Shown here in pieces: positions 61,629 through 64,000 of a DNA stretch of 64,000 bases (position 1 is the first letter of the stretch; every line of letters begins with the position of its first letter). This DNA comes from Leptogorgia sarmentosa (taxonomy: Eukaryota): NCBI GenBank assembly GCA_964658305.1, contig OZ210885.1:24180001-24244000 (forward strand), written 5' to 3'. The notes under the pieces are model-generated. The model saw only the letters and a program-made list of their open reading frames with translations. It was not told where the DNA came from and searched no databases. The translations under genes were made by a program, and so were the position numbers.

Positions 61629-62891
61629 ATGGCCGCTGCTCGAGGTGCATGGAAGGATGACAACAATCTAAAAAACTTATTAGAAGATCTGGTTAGAAAA
61701 GGATATAAAATGAATGAAATTCTAATGACTGCTAAAAAAGACTTTCCTCAATACACATGGGGTTGTGTCAAGACTTTAGATCGGCGTTTGCAACATTTCG
61801 CTTTAAATTATATTGATTACGACACTCCTCTCAAAGTAGTTCAAGGTGCAATTGCACAGGAACTTGAAGGGCCTGGTGGTCTATTAGGTGTGAGAGCAAT
61901 GACTAAAAAGTTAAGAATGCACCATAATATTAAGGTGCCTCGAAATTTAGTAAACACGGCTATGTTTGATGCCGATCCTCAAGGCCTTGAAGATCGCCAA
62001 CCTTGTAACAGAAGGAAAAAAAGAAATGGAATGTTTGTCACGTGTGGTGTCAATTGGGTATGGAGTCTTGACGGGCACGACAAGTTGATGGGATTCCAGA
62101 AATGGAATTTCCCACTCGCTGTCTATGGGTGTTATGACACAGCTTCAAAAAAAGTACTGTTCATTAAAATGTGGAAATCCAATTCTGATCCTAATCTAGT
62201 TGGAGGCTGGTATTTTGATCACCTCTTTAACACACAAGTTATCCCATCGAAGTTACGAATTGATAGAGGTACAGAGACTGGGCTTCTAGCAACGCTGCAT
62301 GTCTTCCTGCGTCAAGATCACGGTGATATGACCCCAGAAGATACTGTAGAGTATGGCCCTTCCACTAGCAACAGAATCGAGTGCTGGTGGAGGGAGTTGC
62401 ACGAAAGACTCGAAAAATTCTTTAAATTTCAGCTTCAGCAACTTCTAGATCAAGGATTTTATGACCCTGAAGATGAAGAGGACCGCAACATGCTTGCCTA
62501 TGTTTACATCCCAATTGTTCAGAGAGAAATTGATTTGTTTGTCGAGTTATGGAACAATTCAAGAACTCGATTACAACGAAATACATTGATGCCTGATGGA
62601 ATACCCAATGTAATACACAATTGTCCAGAGGAATATGGAATGGAAGACAAAGGGTGGCCATTAACACATGATGAACTTGCCAAAGCTGCAGAGGTTTCTG
62701 GTGTGCTTGATGTAGCAGATGCATACATTGATGAAGATTTTCAAAGAGAATGTGCCACTCACTTGGATGATGTGCTTAGTATACAAGCTAAGGATGCAGC
62801 AAGAAAATACAGAGAATTAAGAAGGGCAATTAAAGGTTTAGACAAAACCCTGAGACATAGTACAATGTTTGGGAACAAATCCAAATTCTAA
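61629..62891 (+). CDS. IS3/IS481-like integrase-core DDE transposase (IS3EU type), intact 420 aa
   Basis: N-terminal helical region (TLDRRL, GPGGLLGVRAM); catalytic WSLDGHDKL, LRIDRGTE and STSNRIECWW. Single uninterrupted ORF with no RT, gag or LTR. Confidence 0.85.
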   Translation: MAAARGAWKDDNNLKNLLEDLVRKGYKMNEILMTAKKDFPQYTWGCVKTLDRRLQHFALNYIDYDTPLKVVQGAIAQELEGPGGLLGVRAMTKKLRMHHNIKVPRNLVNTAMFDADPQGLEDRQPCNRRKKRNGMFVTCGVNWVWSLDGHDKLMGFQKWNFPLAVYGCYDTASKKVLFIKMWKSNSDPNLVGGWYFDHLFNTQVIPSKLRIDRGTETGLLATLHVFLRQDHGDMTPEDTVEYGPSTSNRIECWWRELHERLEKFFKFQLQQLLDQGFYDPEDEEDRNMLAYVYIPIVQREIDLFVELWNNSRTRLQRNTLMPDGIPNVIHNCPEEYGMEDKGWPLTHDELAKAAEVSGVLDVADAYIDEDFQRECATHLDDVLSIQAKDAARKYRELRRAIKGLDKTLRHSTMFGNKSKF

Positions 62892-63425
62892 TAAATACAC
62901 GTTATTTATCTAGTCCTTGTAACACTTGCATCAACATTTGTATAGTTATTTTGTTTAAATATTTTTATCACTTCTTTGTAATGTTTAGCTGACCATGCAA
63001 CTACAGTATGTGATACCTTGAAAATACAAAATGACAGCAGAATGGCATGTATGATCACCCCAACTTATGTTGTATAGCCAGAAAACCCAATTCACTTCCT
63101 GCCAACAAAACCAAAATGGATCCTTTTACAGTCAAATCAAACAGTTTTAAACAATTTATTCATCACATAAATTGTATGAACTTGAAAGTAATTAGCAATA
63201 ACAAAATATTAACTAAACTATGTATCAGAATAGTGTTAATCATCCCCAGAATGAACAGATGGAGTATGGCACCATTAACTATACCGATCATAATGTATAG
63301 TCTTTATATTAACAAATTGGTTAACAACAAAACTACCAGTTTGACCACATCTTTACAGATTTTTTTAGCTCAGTAAACAATGAATAGTACTTTTTCAACA
63401 AAGTCTATAGATGTGTGTCATATTT

Positions 63426-64000
63426 CTACAAAACATTACTATGTTCTTCCAATTTAAGTTCTTTGCAGTAGATATTACAACGGTGCTGCTCCAAAAACAA
63501 CTCTATAGCATCTTGTGACAAATTCCCAATACAAAAATTGAGTTTGTTTCCCTCACCATCATTACTCACAAGGTCGGCACTTGCAATTTCAGGGTCACAT
63601 AATTGGTAGCCTATGCCTTGTATGTCAACCAACAAAAATTTACCTTTGCTGACCTGATATGAAAAATGAGCAAGTGCTTCCACCTTCTGCATAACAATTG
63701 TGGTACGATCATGGAGAATCTCTCCAGTATTATTCAAGTATTTGACAAATGGTTTTCCTTCAATAAATTGCTCAATGGTAACACTTTCTGTGGTGTTTTC
63801 ATCTACTTTTATTTTCCCAAAATATATTTTGTTGTAACGAAGTGTCTCTCCAAATTCACTGCCAGCTTTCTTTGCCAATTGATCAGCAATGTTTTTAGCC
63901 AGGTTATGCATTTGTGTCTGTTTACGTGCATGTTCCTCTTCACCCATTTTAAGAATCTGTAAATCAGTTTTGGCTTTTTCGTTGTATCTCTTGAGCAACC
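63426..64000 (-). CDS. Alpha-kinase domain protein (eEF2K/MHCK/TRPM7-kinase family), C-terminal part
   Basis: LLKRY, EQFIEG.PFVKYLNNTG, AHFSY, LLVDIQG, LCDPEI, GNL and zinc-binding HRCNIYC. The frame is open to the window edge. Confidence 0.9.
   Translation of the reverse strand, partial: LLKRYNEKAKTDLQILKMGEEEHARKQTQMHNLAKNIADQLAKKAGSEFGETLRYNKIYFGKIKVDENTTESVTIEQFIEGKPFVKYLNNTGEILHDRTTIVMQKVEALAHFSYQVSKGKFLLVDIQGIGYQLCDPEIASADLVSNDGEGNKLNFCIGNLSQDAIELFLEQHRCNIYCKELKLEEHSNVL

Larger units (their letters stand above)
61349..64000 (+). mobile_element. IS3EU-like DNA transposon, left part
   Basis: Begins TATGGTGTCCCATGAGAGAC where the EnSpm ORF breaks off, and the motif recurs at ~61524. The right end lies outside the window. 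Confidence 0.6.

Noticed and set aside
61629..62891. Retroviral or LTR-element integrase, or bacterial IS contamination
   Set aside because: There is no HHCC finger, RT, gag or LTR. It is embedded among intron-containing eukaryotic elements and fits the eukaryotic IS3-like type.
63426..64000. Assigning a gene symbol such as EEF2K, TRPM6/7 or ALPK1
   Set aside because: Only the kinase domain is visible, so orthology cannot be established.

Overview
This is AT-rich animal genomic DNA. A cnidarian such as a coral or octocoral is my inference from the repeat repertoire, not something the sequence proves. The window is almost entirely a nest of transposable elements, and I recognise no ordinary host gene. 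Many boundaries resolve to the base because removing an element plus one target-site duplication (TSD) restores the reading frame of the element it interrupted. Left to right: a DUF6589 (AcademH-type) gene remnant hit by a Penelope-like fragment with a hammerhead ribozyme and by a ~5-kb tandem duplication; two BEL/Pao LTR elements, one carrying a split-direct-repeat DIRS/Ngaro element with an intron-split gag-like gene; an inverted Penelope-like element with two hammerheads; an ISL2EU-type element whose YqaJ gene is fused to a Ulp1-like protease; an apparently intact 7-kb AcademX element whose ~1615-aa reading frame appears to need an AT-AC intron; several hAT, Harbinger and EnSpm-like remnants and MITEs; and, at the right edge, an IS3EU-like element with an intact transposase facing an alpha-kinase ORF. 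All family assignments rest on motif recognition by eye, with no database search.
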